From contig CM074804.1 of assembly GCA_037447605.1 (NCBI GenBank), positions 7,975,909-8,039,908 on the forward strand: DNA of 64,000 nt. The letters are read 5' to 3'. Source of the stretch: Zygnema circumcarinatum SAG 698-1b (taxonomy: Eukaryota; Plantae; Zygnematophyceae). Below the pieces are notes generated by a model. That model saw only the letters and a list, made by a program, of their open reading frames with translations. It was not told the DNA's origin and made no database searches. The position numbers and the translations under genes were made by a program. Within the stretch, counting starts at the first letter, position 1; every line of letters starts with the position of its first letter. Positions 1 through 17,799 of the stretch are shown piece by piece.

Positions 1-1052
1 CCTGCAACGGAACCGGTTCCGCCCAATGTGACATGATGCAGAATCGAAACGTTGTTGCCGATCTCTGCCGTTTCACCCACAACCAGTCCTGTAGCATGGT
101 CCAGCATCAAGCCGCATCCAAGTTTGGCCGCAGGATGAATGTCGACATGAAACACCTCCGAGACGCGGCTCTGCAATGCGAGAGCCAAAGGTTCCCTGCC
201 CTGTCCCCATAGTCGGTGAGCTATCCTGTGAGCCTGGCAGGCAAGGTATCCCTTATAGTTGAGTAGGCACTGTGAAAATGTTTCGCATGCAGGGTCTCTC
301 TCCTTCACTGCCATTAAATCTGCCCTAAAGGCTTCCCGCACGTCCTTATCGTCCATGAAAGTGTCTGCAATCAGTGAAAATAGCTGTGAACTCAGCATTG
401 TATCGCTGCTAAGCTTGTTCGCGAGGTGGAATGCAAGGCATCGTTCCAATGATCGGTGCGACAAGACGGTGGAGTAGAGGTAGCTAGCAAGAGCAGGCTC
501 CGCCTCGGCGTCTCTCCTCGCCTCCGCTCGAATTGCAAGCCACAAATCATCAACTTGTATGCGGCCACTTGTCGAGCATCCCGCATGATCCGCTGCTCTG
601 CTTTCTACAGCTATTGCCTCATTACTGCTCTCTGTACCAGAGATATTTAAACCAGAATCAGAATCCTTGCCATTGACATTCCCTCCTGCGCTCGTTGCTC
701 CGCCTGCAAAGTCTCCTCTCCCTGCTGCCGCAGCACTGCTATGCTCTCCAGCATTCCATGGCTGGCTGCTTCCCTCCGTTAACTTGTTAGCTTCAATCAG
801 AACGGCACTCACCAACGCCTGCTGCTTCCCAGAAGCAGAAACCTTCTCTGAACCGCCTGCACAAAAACTCCCCCTCTCCCTCTTCCTCTGCGCGTCCTCT
901 GCAAGGCGCAGGCCCGTCCATCCACGGAGTCGAGAGTCGCTGCAAGGTACGTGAGCAGGAGAAAGGGAGGAGAGTGATTCTCGAGGAGCAAGGACAGGGA
1001 GCCCCGCGACAAGAGCCAGCTTGCTGGAAGCAGAAAAAGCCGCCATGACCAT
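1..1052 (-). CDS. SERAT: Serine O-acetyltransferase with a long N-terminal (organelle-targeting-like) extension; 3' end runs off the window
   Basis: Hand translation of the minus strand from ATG 1052 (or 1046) is open to position 1: MVMAAFSASSK...IQVDDLWLAIRAEARRDAEAEPALASYLYSTVLSH...VKERDPAC...YKGYLACQAHRIAHRLW...VDIHPAAKLG...LDHATGLVVGETA...LHHVTLGGTG. This has the SATase N-domain plus hexapeptide repeats. No intron in the visible part. The ORF track misses it because there is no stop in the window. Confidence 0.95.
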   Translation of the reverse strand, partial: MVMAAFSASSKLALVAGLPVLAPRESLSSLSPAHVPCSDSRLRGWTGLRLAEDAQRKRERGSFCAGGSEKVSASGKQQALVSAVLIEANKLTEGSSQPWNAGEHSSAAAAGRGDFAGGATSAGGNVNGKDSDSGLNISGTESSNEAIAVESRAADHAGCSTSGRIQVDDLWLAIRAEARRDAEAEPALASYLYSTVLSHRSLERCLAFHLANKLSSDTMLSSQLFSLIADTFMDDKDVREAFRADLMAVKERDPACETFSQCLLNYKGYLACQAHRIAHRLWGQGREPLALALQSRVSEVFHVDIHPAAKLGCGLMLDHATGLVVGETAEIGNNVSILHHVTLGGTGSVA

Positions 1053-1099
1053 AAGAGGAGCCGAAGGAACAAGTGCAGAGAGAGAGGGAGAGACCGACA

Positions 1100-1330
1100 C
1101 AGCAAAATAAACCCCTTCCCCTTCCTCCTCCCTTACTCTCTCCCTCCTCCCTCCTCCCTCCTCCCTCCGTCCCTCTCCCCCTCCCTTTCCCTCTTCCTCT
1201 CCTCTCCCTCTCCCTCCTTCCCTCTCCTCTCCTCTCCCTCCTTCCCTCTCCTCCCCTCTCCCGCTCCCTCTCCCACTCCTTCCCTCTCCTTTCCCTCTCC
1301 CACTCCCTCTCCCTCACTCCCACATTCTCC
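1100..1330. repeat. Pyrimidine-rich (CCTCT/CT-like) low-complexity tract upstream of the SAT start
   Basis: Near-pure C/T run on the + strand. Confidence 0.85.
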
Positions 1331-2817
1331 CAGCGTCTTATGATAACCTCCCCATCAGCGCCGGGCGGCGCCCTCCCCACCGTCCGATCGACCCCCATCA
1401 CATCGGACGCCCCTCCGTCATCCACTTCGCCCTTTTCCACCCAACTTCCCCCTCCACCACGTGCCCTCTCCGCAGGTGCGAAAACCGCCCCTCATTAGCT
1501 GCTCGTCCTTTCAAACGTGTCACGAACGCAGTTGAGTGGTGCCACGTGACCTTCGGAGGCACCTCCAGGGAGCCTAAAGAGGAGCTTCGCGCGGGCGGGC
1601 GAGAAATTTCTGTGGCCCTTCGCAGGCGCCGAAATGGAAGGAAATTGTGATGACGTCATCTAAGCAGAGGGAAAATAGTTTTTATCTGCCCGAGATCCAA
1701 GTACCCTCTTTAAGTGGGCTGTAGTGGCTGCCCGGAAAAAGCGATTTTTTTTATGTGGAGCTCATGAAAGTTTGGCAGTTTGGGATCCAAGGCAGGAAAT
1801 TTCATTGACGAGTGCCGGAGACTGACGTCATTTATTCTTTTTTATCACCTGCGGCCGAAGAATTTTTAAAATGTTTGGGAACTATGCCACATGGAGACAG
1901 TTGAGGTTAACGTTTTAACCGTTGGCCGATTCCATCCACATGCTGGCAGATTCCAGTTTGTTGTAAAACTGCAATTCCACGCGAGTTCCAGTAGAGTTCG
2001 CTGTGGTTTGACAAATCGCGACCATTCCAATGGTTGATCCAACCCATGGTCCGTCCAGCCCTTGGCCCGAAATGTTTCAGCTGCCCTTTCCGCGAAGCAA
2101 ACGTCCGCGATTGGGCGAGCGTCGGCCGGGCAGCTCAAGCTTGGCGCCGGGCAGCATTTAAATGGTTTCTGCTGCCCCCTCAGCGAATCAACCGTCCGCG
2201 ATTGGGCAAGCGGCGGCCGGGCAGCTGAATTTCTTTCTGCTCCTCCGTCGCCGCGATTGCGACCAGGCAGGTGCAGCCTCCCTACGGCGCAAACATTGCC
2301 AGTCACTGCAACCATTGGATATGGCATGGCATGAGCATGAGCATGACAGCATGGTGTTTTCTCACACCGTTTCCTAATCCTTCTGTCTGGCAAAAGGTAT
2401 GAAAACCGAACTCCAAGTAAACCGCTGACATCACACTCACAATCTTCAATCTTTGGCTTCTCCTACGCTTTGCCATTCGGCTTAGGATATGAATAACAGT
2501 GGAATGCTGCGGCCATGAGGTCATGCCATGATGAAGGGACCATGCTGCAAGGGAAGCCGTCGGGCCACGGCACAAGCACTGGCAGAGTCTCTCATGCCTA
2601 ACAACCGGTTAAACTATTCACACGAACTGACATTGCCTTTTGCCGAAATTCCTGAGTGCAATAGACGAGTGGCAGCATAACTTAGCAACCCTAAAGCACC
2701 TTACATTACTGCAGACAAGCTACTGGCATCTTTCATGCCGCAGGATCCCAATTACAGATAGAGGCGTCTGTGGACCGTCCTAGTGGGCTCCAAAGGCACC
2801 TTCTACCACATGGTAGT

Positions 2818-5800
2818 TCACAATACTCTGAGAAGTTCAATGTCAAAAAGGAGGGTCTTGTCTATCAGCCCTTGGTTCTTCAAAACGAAGTCCAACGCCC
2901 GCTGACCCTGCCATAGCAGAACTCAAACGAAGTCAGCCATCAATAAACTCATGCATGAGCGGACGATGCTTAACAACACAAAATGTATATGCCTTGAATT
3001 CAGAAGGAAAGTGTTAGTGGGCTCTAACATTAAGGAATCAAGCTGGAGGTTGATGATGGATATGGGTGTCTACTAACATTACATGGTCAAGCAGCAGATT
3101 AAAAAGCAAACGTGGGGTATGTACGGAAGAACCTACAGAGAAGGTAAGGGGCCTTGGGCCTTTCGAATTAAAATCGTTGTTGGGGTAACCGATCTCTGGT
3201 GGCACAACAATTCTGCTTGCACAGAAGAAGCCAAGAGGCCTTCAAGACTCAGAATGAGGAAAAATCATCTGTGCCCTCCTTTAATCACACGTCATCTTCT
3301 GCGTAAAGAAGTCGATGGATTTAGGGTGAGTAAAAAGTTCGAAAGAAAGGCACAAGCTTCCGAATTCAAACCTCCTAATTCCGCCGACATGCATAGTTGC
3401 TACAGCCTCCTCGAAAGCATCAATAACCTGTGCCATCCTCAACCAGAAAATTGATCACAATGACATCGTCAGTCATCCTTGAAGTTATTTTGTACGCGAG
3501 GCAGCTATACATATTCCCTCTGACTTCATCCATACGTGAAAGCTTGAACTCAACCCACCTCTCCTTTTCCAAGCCGAAATCGAAAAAACTCCTTCTCGTT
3601 GCCCTGCACCCACACGCCATGGTTCCCTTGAATGAGGACGATTCCGAGATGCCATCATGGGCTAGTTTTAGCATGTTTGACAACCTTGGAAGGTCTTGGA
3701 AGGGGGATTTTGTGATTTGCGCAGATCAATGGAGTTTGGCCTTGCCAATCTCTCCATTGCTGAAAGCACGTTAGCGATTGGGTTGACTACTTACCTCGAA
3801 GGATCCACCCTTAGTCTTGTTTCGGGCTTCGAAAATGCGGCCATAGTAGCCAATGGTAAAGCCATCCCAATCAATCTGCACCTCCCTCATCAGCAGACAA
3901 GCATCAGAGAGAGGATTGCAAAAAAAAAAACATTGACTTCCTAGCACGTAAACAAATTGTATTGGTGGTCCGTTCCATCCGAATTTCTGGAGAATTCACT
4001 CCCAGCGGCAACTTCCCTCCTAGCTTCACCACCTTCTATTTACCTCGGCTTTACTACATGAAGAGCCTTCTCTTTCAGTTTTTCAAATCAGGCCTTACTT
4101 GCACACTCTCCTTTCAAGCACTTGCGGCACTTTCCGCTTCTATAACTCCCTCTTCCTTGCACTTTTCTTCTCCCTTTGCACATCCTCTTCTTTTGTGCCT
4201 CCAGCCTCCAGCCTAGCACCTCATAAATGAAAAAACTCTCCAAGCCCTTTACCCTCACTTCCTCCTCCTCCTCCTCCTCCTCTGTACATTTCTTGCATGG
4301 TCAAGAGCTCGAGCAGGCAACAGGTGATTGATGCACTGCATCTCCTCTTGCCAGATCATGACTGTTAGTTAGCACCCACCGACTACCCTCTGCCCAGAGT
4401 CGTAGGTCGTACCACCACTGTCTGCCCTTCCTCAGGTGTCGGCCCGTTGCCATCTCTAAGATCCTGTCCACGAAGAAGAAAGAAAAAGAATGGGGACCGG
4501 GAAGGGAACTTAGGAGGCTTCATCCTCCTTCGCTTTGATTTCATTCACTCAGGAAAGCAGCAAGAAGTCAGATTGAAAGGAGACCGCAATGCAATGAAAT
4601 GCAATGCAATGCACGAAGGTCAAGGGAGGAACATCAAGCCAAGACGTGAATGCAGAGGAAGCAGCTCCGCTCCTGAGCTCGCTCATCATATAGCAATGGA
4701 ATGAGGTACGTATACAATCGGGTGGTAACATGGAAATCAGCGAGTGCCAACTTCACTCGCCCATCATAGATGCTGCCACTGATTGCTGCTTGCAGGTTTG
4801 ATGGGGATGGGACCAAAATTTTCACAAACAGAGGTGCTAGTGCTAAGGCAATGATCAAGGCACCTTGTACTGCAGACCAGATTCTGTAAGGGTGTAGTCT
4901 GGATAGCGCATTTGAGATTTTCCGTAGTCCTTTCCCCTTAGCGCCGGCACTATCACCACACAACACATACAGGGAAGACAAGAGTTAGACAAAGTGATCG
5001 ACATGCAATCAGAAAATAAATCTGCTCAGTTGCAGACTTTGCGGTAACAATAGTGACGCCTAAGAGACAATTGACCAACAAGCCAATTCTTCCCGGATGC
5101 AGTCCATGCCTTTTGCTTGTTGACCTTGTGCTTCACAATTGCGGTAGTCACCTAACTTCACTCAATGTTCGAAAACAATAGCAAAAGGTGAAGCTAAATG
5201 CTTTGACATGGAAGATTTCGTGAACAATCTTATCACTTACACGAACCTTTTGAGCCTAGAACAAAGGCTTTGGGAAATGAACTAAAAAAAACCTGGTCAA
5301 AAAAAGTATGGTTCACACAGTGTACTGCATGAAACACGAAGGACGGAAGTGGGCTCAGGATGCTCTGTTTAAAACTTTCCCTCTGTTCTTTAACATAAAC
5401 TACCATCACAAAGGAACCTTTTGCCCACAAAACATACATCAACAAATGAGCTCCACGAAGGTTTGTTTAAAACACAAACAGCTGGAAGGCCGCGCAAACA
5501 TCATGACCTTTCCCAGTGCTGCTGACTGTTTCAAATAGAGCTTCTAGGCCGAGGAGCTCCCAGCGTTTACATCAACAAAATTGATTCAAAGAGTGCTGCA
5601 GGCCTTTGGAGCTCACTATCAGTAAATTTCGGGGGAGAAGCCACTTCCGCTGCGTCTGCTTTGAAAAATTCTGTAGCTACTAAAGCACCTCCTATCATCG
5701 CTGGCGCCAGAAAGACTGCTCTCCTGCTAACTGTACTCTTCATAGAAGCAGTTTCTGCATTCCCTGAAGTAGGATCCTGCAAGCGGAAACCAAAAAATGA

Positions 5801-6200
5801 TATTCAAGGAGAGACGCAGGGGATACAGAAAACTACCACATGCTGGCCTCGCGAGCAACATTGAGTGAAGGCGGTTTTTTCACAGCTGGATGAGCAGTAG
5901 CCAGCCTGCAGCCAGCCGTAACTGAGTCAGGAATGCCTATCCTTTTCTGCAACTCCAAAAGGTGAGTTTGAACATGCAGCATTTATACATTGTGCGCATG
6001 CTTTTCATGCAGAATTATCTGAAATGAACCTGCACCGCAGATTCCGCAGACGCTGGCGAGCCGCTGCAGGCGCACCGCACTGTGACACCCCGCGTGCGAT
6101 TCCTCCAGTGAGAAGATGCCGCAGGGAATGCCGGAGAAAGGGAAGCAGCAAGAACCGCAGAAGGAAGCGCTGCGGTAGCAGCCATGGCGGCAGAGGCCAT
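2818..6200 (-). CDS. FKBP19: Thylakoid-lumen FKBP-type peptidyl-prolyl isomerase FKBP19, 9 exons
   Basis: Approximate exons 6200-6030, 5776-5617, 4947-4865, 4462-4412, 3876-3795, 3602-3559, 3427-3372, 3212-3137, 2907-2818, with GT-AG introns. They give a transit peptide, a twin-Arg SRR motif, FTDMPALRGKDYGKSQMRYPDY, IDWDGFTIGYYGRIFEARNKTKGGSFE, VIDAFEEAVATMHVGGIRRIVVPPEIGY and GQRALDFVLKNQGLIDKTLLFDIELLRVL*, matching plant FKBP19 motifs. Confidence 0.93.
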
Positions 6201-6984
6201 TGCTGGTCGAGCAGTGGCAGAGGGAGGGACGAAAACACTCCCGTAACGGCTCAATTTTTAGGGTTTCAAAATTTCGCGATTTGAGGTCCATGGAAACGAG
6301 CGACTGTAGAACTGTAACGCTCATATGTGCACCCTTTCCTAGTGGCAATGAAATAAGTTTCAAAACGTTCAGCTCCAGTTGCAGTCCCAGTTGATAGTTG
6401 TAGTTCTTTAACTGCAGCATAGAACCTCAAGAGCATAAAGCCATGTGCGCACGTGTCGACTCGGGAATTGGAAGTTTGGACCCATTTGCACGGCGAAGGA
6501 CACGTGTCGGAAGGAGAGTACCTCACACTTAACGACAAAACAACCGACAGAGTCATGAGCCGGCCGGCGACAATTCCTGCCGGCCGTTCTGGCACGACCG
6601 TATGAACGTACGGCAGATGACGACAAAAAACCCGCCCAAAATCCAGGCCAGGCATAGAGTAGGAATCATTGTCCGGCAATACCATACAAATCTTTGACCA
6701 ATCGGAGGACGTCATGCGTCTATTTCTTATTACGTGGTAGTTCTTTATTGGTCGACGGCAGTTGAGCCCTACCCTCAATTGGATCCCCATCGTCGCTGAA
6801 TGCGGCGACACGTGGCAGCATTGGGTAGTAGCTAGAAACGTAGCGGAGCCTGATTGGAAGTGCTGACGTGAACCTACGTTTGATTTTCGATGTGCGCGAA
6901 GCGCCGAAGCTGGGCTGTGCGGGAAACCGCGTGCCCCTTGAAGCAAAGCTTTTTTCTTGGAACGGAGCAAGGGAAGGAAAAGGG

Positions 6985-7105
6985 CTTGCGAGAGAGGAGG
7001 GAGAGGGAGAGAGTGAGAGAGAGGGAGAGAGGGAGAGGGAGAGAAGGAGAGGGAGGGAGAGAGGGAGAGGGAGGAGGAGGGGAGGGAGAGGAGGGGGAGG
7101 GAAGG
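6985..7105. repeat. GA-rich low-complexity tract in the NADP-ME 5' leader
   Basis: (GGAGAG/GA)n run directly before gccATGG at 7123. Confidence 0.8.
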
Positions 7106-7122
7106 AGCAGGTCTTTGCTGCC

Positions 7123-12500
<5,378 letters not shown>

Positions 12501-13523
12501 GGAGGAAGTCTCCCACAGAAACGTTTGTACACTAGGCAAAGTACTGCCTGGGTTCTCCCTTACGCCTGCGGAGGACTGCAGAGGTACTGAACAGGTTCAA
12601 TATCTGAATCCTGCTTAGCAGTAATGCGATTTGCTGTAATCGCTGAGGGAACCTCCTCTCGCAGAACAGTTGGAAAACGGTGTCGCTCGCTTTTAGGGTT
12701 TGGCAGTGCTGCTCTGACCCCGCTGCTGGCAGGGCAGCACGCTACAGGCCACAGCGGAACGGAGTAAGTCGCTGTCTATGGAGGCTGCAGTTTGAAATGA
12801 CTTGCGACAGTGTTGGGGCAGCACAGGCCGCAGTGCCAAACCTTGGGACAAGAGTGGAAAAATGTAGGTTTGTTGTTATGTACACATGCATGCATGGATA
12901 GATGGATGGACGGATGGATGGTATATGTATGTGCTGCATTTGAGTACCATCTGCAATGGTGCATCTGCGAGTGAGCTTCAAGGAACAACATGCACGAGCC
13001 CACATCAGACTCGGCTCTACATAAGGACAAAAGTTCGGACCGATTGGACAGAGACAGCATATGGCTCCACAACTGCAAAAAGAGGGATGCAATTCCGTCG
13101 AAAAAAAATGTTTCATTCAGTGTCGAAAGAACGCTCCTTTCGGTGTTTTTGAGGGTTGTCACCATACTCAGTCTGTTCTTCTCTAAAGCTCACTGCCATG
13201 TGAGCAAACCCTAAAAATCCTAAATCCTATAAACAAAACTATCCTGCAGTATTGACCTTGACAGATACAATTGCAAAAAGCTGCAACAATGAAGGCATCC
13301 TTTGATGCTCATCCCGCGGCCTACCTCGTATCCGCGATACACCAATGAAAAAAACGAATTGTTTCAGTTGCCTGCCTACCCCACCCTTCCCCTACACTCC
13401 AAATATGTACCGCAAAAGCCCCATATATCTGCACTACTAGAGCTCAACGAGAACCAGTCATGATGAACGGAGGCATGGAACTGTGGCCTCTCTCTGGGGT
13501 CTGCTCCGTGGGCGCCATGGATC

Positions 13524-13558
<35 letters not shown>

Positions 13559-13697
13559 CTCTCTAAAGCGCCTCTCTCTCCATCATGACCGTCTGCAAGC
13601 CCCTCCTCTCCTGCCGGCTAAGTTGAAACCACTCGCAATGTGCTTGCTGCCTGGCTGCCGTTCTAACAGAACTGAAAAAACTGAAGCCTTGGAAACC

Positions 13698-16600
13698 CTA
13701 AACCTTGGCCGCGGCCTCCTGTTCCAAAATCTGCACTTCTGCAAACACCGACATGACTCCGTTGTTGAAATATTTGCTGTCGTTTTGCACCACTTCTGCC
13801 CAGGGCCGCCCAAGAATGTTGGAGTAGCCCCAATTGCTGGCATTCCGGCCGAACCCCTTTGTAACTCGATCTCTCAAGTAGTCAAACTGCCCTTCAGGCC
13901 ACCGCTTCACATAAAATATGAAGCTAACCTGCATGTAAAGCAAGTAATTAAACAAGAACAACATCAGACAAGTGTCCTTCGGACAGAAGTTCAGAATCGA
14001 TGTGTTTTGGGCTGAACGGGTTGCAGTGAGAGGGGGAATCAGCACCTGAATCTCCGGCTGCACACTGTGAGAGTTGTCAAGATGCAAATGGATGTCTAGG
14101 GTTTCCGTTCCATCCGTATCTCGCCGCCCGTGGCGAGCTGAGAGGTAAAATCTTTTCCCTCCGATGCCGAAAGTGGCCGACTCCACTGTTTGGGCCACAC
14201 TCAACGACTGCACAAATCATGAAAACAGAACATTGGCAATTCCAAGAAGGTGAGAATGCAGCTCAGACTGCACACAGACATCCTTCTATGTGTTGCCTAG
14301 GACCCCTACATATCTACTGGGAGGATGGATTCCAGGAAGTGGACTTCAAAGGTGAACTTTGGGGTAACTTCTACTCATTAGCGCCGTCATTACCATAAAC
14401 ACTAATTGCGAATTGGCGTCTAAAACAAGTTTACTCATGCTCCTCTCAGATGAAGCCATTGTTCCCTCACTGTCCCACCCCCCCCTTAGTGCGATGATCC
14501 GTCACACCTGAAATCTTTCCAAATGAATGTCGAAGTAGACATATCCAACTGAGTTCCGATTCCATCTCCGCTGCCAGTATCGGCGATGAATGGGGGCTGT
14601 TTCATTCATTAAACGGAGCCTCCTAACGAGACTGTAAGAGCGAAACCAAGCAGCTTCCTTCACAAGGGAACCGCAGTCTGGAGAGTCCATTTCTGAAGCC
14701 TTCAATACCACCTCCTCCAAGTCATCCCCTGTCATCAGAGGAAACCTGACATGCTCTGCAAGCACAGCTGTTGCTTTCCTGCACACAACATTTGGGGGGG
14801 AATGCTTGTTAATGCTTGTTAGAATCTTACATCGCATTCCTGAAGGTTTAAACAAGGAGGCCCCTCAATACGATTCATGGAAAAAAAAAAAACCCCACAA
14901 AGAATGGGGGAAGGAGGTTGGGGAGAGGGTGTGGAGAGTAGGGGATGGTTCATTCTCTCTCTCACCTCCGCATCTCCAGATCTTCATGGTGATGCCGCAC
15001 CCATGCCAGCATAGCGGAGAAAGCTGTGAGTTCATCCCTCACATTCAGTTCATCGCTCGCAAGGAGAGTCTGCAGACCAACCATTGGCAGCTCAAGGAAC
15101 TCCTCCGCCTTGTAGACCCTCTCCAGGTCCCGAAAATGGCTGACCAAAAATGACCGACTCGCATCCAGCAGCTGCGCAACACCCTTGTGGGAGTGCATGG
15201 AGTCCGGGAGAGAGAGGTAGAGACAAGCGGTAGCGACAGTCATAGAGAGGGAGGCGAGCCTCTCTAAGCAGATTTTCATGCAAGAGGTGACCCCGAACTT
15301 GTCAGCTACAAGGAACATCTTGATAATGTCTTCCGGGTCCTTCACCGACTCCTGCATATCACCTGCAGGTCACAAAGAATTCAGCAGAAAACAGTCAGAT
15401 TCACTTGTCTATGGCATTGTATATTGAGCTATTTCAAAGGGTTACAAAAGTAATTTTATACTGAAAGGAGAAATGGAAAGTGAAAGATATCGAATAAGAC
15501 AGAAACTGGTAGGTATATGTCAATTTTGCATGCCAGTAGATTTTGCAGGGGAAAAACAATGGAAAGAAAGGGACACACCTGTGTAGATAAACCGGAGCAA
15601 GTCAACGACAGGGCCCTCCTCTGCAAAAGAAATTGCGAAAAAAATACAATGATTCTCAGCCACAAACTCACAAGCTGACATACAACATCTGTAACCCTTA
15701 CAGGCATTCAAAAAAACCCTAAAAAATGTCTCCTCTCCTTCACCTGCCAGTGCAGCTCACCTTCTGGGGTTACCGTCAAAACCACCGGCGTGTTATTACA
15801 CGCCTCCTTCAACCCGCAGGTGAACAGTGCCCGAAAGTAGGAAGATTTCGCTGCCAGAATGACAGATGAGAGGTGGAGGGATACCATTGAAGAGGAAGTT
15901 TCCCGATGACAATTTGCTAAGGAAATAACAGCGGGAGACATGGCAACGGCTTGATCAGGCGTGCCTGCAAGAAAATGCACACAGACATTATATTTACGTA
16001 TGAAACCTTTTGAAACTCTGCAAAAATCGAAACTGTTAAAATGCAGCGACGTGAGCTATTCATGAGCCAAACAAGGTCAGAGGAAAATGTAAGCCACTAA
16101 AGAACAGGGATGGTTCAGCATTGACAAGCAGGTGTCAATAATCGAGTTATATTTGAATTGATGATGATTTGGTTTTGGTTGATGATTTGATAACCCCATG
16201 TCTTTTCAGAAGCGCTACCATAAAGCTCTCCTGAGCATGAGAAAGACTCTTCCCCCATCCTCTCACCTTTGTTGCTCTCAACGTCCCCCAAATCACCATC
16301 TGTCGCCTCGTCCGGCTTCGCTTCATCCTCGGACGTTACTCTCAGCCGAATGATGCGGTCTGCATTCCCAGATAGCAGGGAATTTTCCCCAAAACATTAT
16401 CACAATGAATAAAAGTGAGAAGAGAGAGAAAGGGGGGGGGGGGAAGGGAGAGAAAGGGAGAGAAAGAGAAAGAGGGAGAGAGACAGAGAGAGAGAGAGAG
16501 AGGGGGAGAGAGAGGGAGAGATTTGACAAGCACACAACGTTCACAACAACAACAAACTCGAATGCTGTCCTTTGTCAAATCATGCACTTCAGATACTGTC

Positions 16601-17045
16601 AGGCAACCTCGATACATTCGCTGAGCCTAAATAATAACCTGCCAGCTGTCGCCCGCAGTTGTATTTCATCCTCCCTTTAATTTTTTACCTAATCAGCAAG
16701 ACCCCAACTTCTAGTCCATGCAGAAGCACTCAATCCTTTGCGTGCCAACACCAGCCTCACATCATCTCACCATCCCTGCCACCTGCCATCGATCAGCCCT
16801 AACCCTCACTTCATACCATACCTCACCAATTCTAACACCTAAGACTAAGCAGCCCTAACCGTGACCTACGCAAGCACTAACACTTACACTAGCCCTATAA
16901 AACCCTCAATATCCAAAACAAAATGCGATTCCCTCAACAACCCACCTGCAAAATCTGCATTATTGAATGCAAAGCCGAAGTCAAACCTCCTCGGATCTTC
17001 CCCTGCATCCATGGCTTCCTGCGCCGTCACCTCGGAAGGCACCAT
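13698..17045 (-). CDS. BTB/POZ-BACK protein of the POB1/LRB family (CUL3 adaptor) with a C-terminal MATH-like region
   Basis: Exon 1 (start 17045 or 17012) reads RFDFGFAFNNADFA and splices to DRIIRLRV. Further motifs: LHLSSVILAAKSSYFRALFTCGLKE (BTB), MFLVADKFGVTSC, FLELPMVGLQTLLASDELNVRDE (BACK), HVRFPLMTGDDL, and the C-terminus WGYSNILGRPWAEVVQNDSKYFNNGVMSVFAEV. The FAFNN..F.DR motif is typical of POB1/LRB. Confidence 0.85.
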
Positions 17046-17228
17046 GGCGGTGCAGAAGCCCTCTGTTGAAGCCACAGGTTCCTCCTGCAACCAAGCCGTG
17101 GCCGCTCACTTGCCCAAACCCTCAACCAGAAAGGCCCTCCTCTTTTCCCTCACTCTGCTGCCCTGCAGACTGCAGGCGTGTGGCAACCCTAAATGTAAGA
17201 TGATCTTTCTCTGCGAATGCCGGCAAAG

Positions 17229-17293
<65 letters not shown>

Positions 17294-17799
17294 TAGACAG
17301 AGAGAGAGGAGAGAGAGGAGCAACAAATAGTTGAATAGTGGAGCCCCAAGTACTAACCTTCCAAGGCTGTTGGAGATCCATCGATGTGGAACTCCACGTC
17401 AACAGTATTAATTCAAGGATCAACGCCAGGATGCCTACGTGGCACCATTTCATTCGCCTATCCTTCGAAAAAAAATGTTCAGACTTCTTATCTGTCGGTG
17501 GATCTTTCAGCGTATCGGATCCAGAATCGAATCTTTCCCGGATATCGGCACCGTTCGGCGGACCTTTGGCTCCGTCGATGTGACAAAACCGCCCGTTCCA
17601 CTTCGCCGTTAAACTGCCGTAACGGAGCCTTTAAAAGCAACGCGTTCCATGCTTGTTCCACGTTGTCGTTAACCGGCCGTAACTGGACCGTTTAACTGCA
17701 CAATGGCATGGACCTAGAAAATAGGCCCTCGTGTGAACGCGACCGTCGGCTCGTCGCTGTATAACTCCGATCGTGTTCACACGTGTACCCGCCCGCCTT

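Noticed and set aside
793-1498. 215-aa and 141-aa ORFs around the SAT 5' region
   Set aside because: They are low-complexity read-throughs of the pyrimidine tract; the real CDS is in another frame.
2500-4250. Fragmented ORFs first suspected to be a degenerate transposase
   Set aside because: They resolved into the short exons and introns of FKBP19.
6868-7122. In-frame upstream extension of the NADP-ME ORF as a possible transit peptide
   Set aside because: It starts at a non-ATG codon and runs through a GA repeat. The strong gccATGG at 7123 matches the usual N-terminus.
13444-13518. 24-aa minus-strand ORF MAPTEQTPERGHSSMPPFIMTGSR after a GA tract
   Set aside because: It lies 180 nt past the BTB stop, probably in its 3' UTR, with no recognisable motif.
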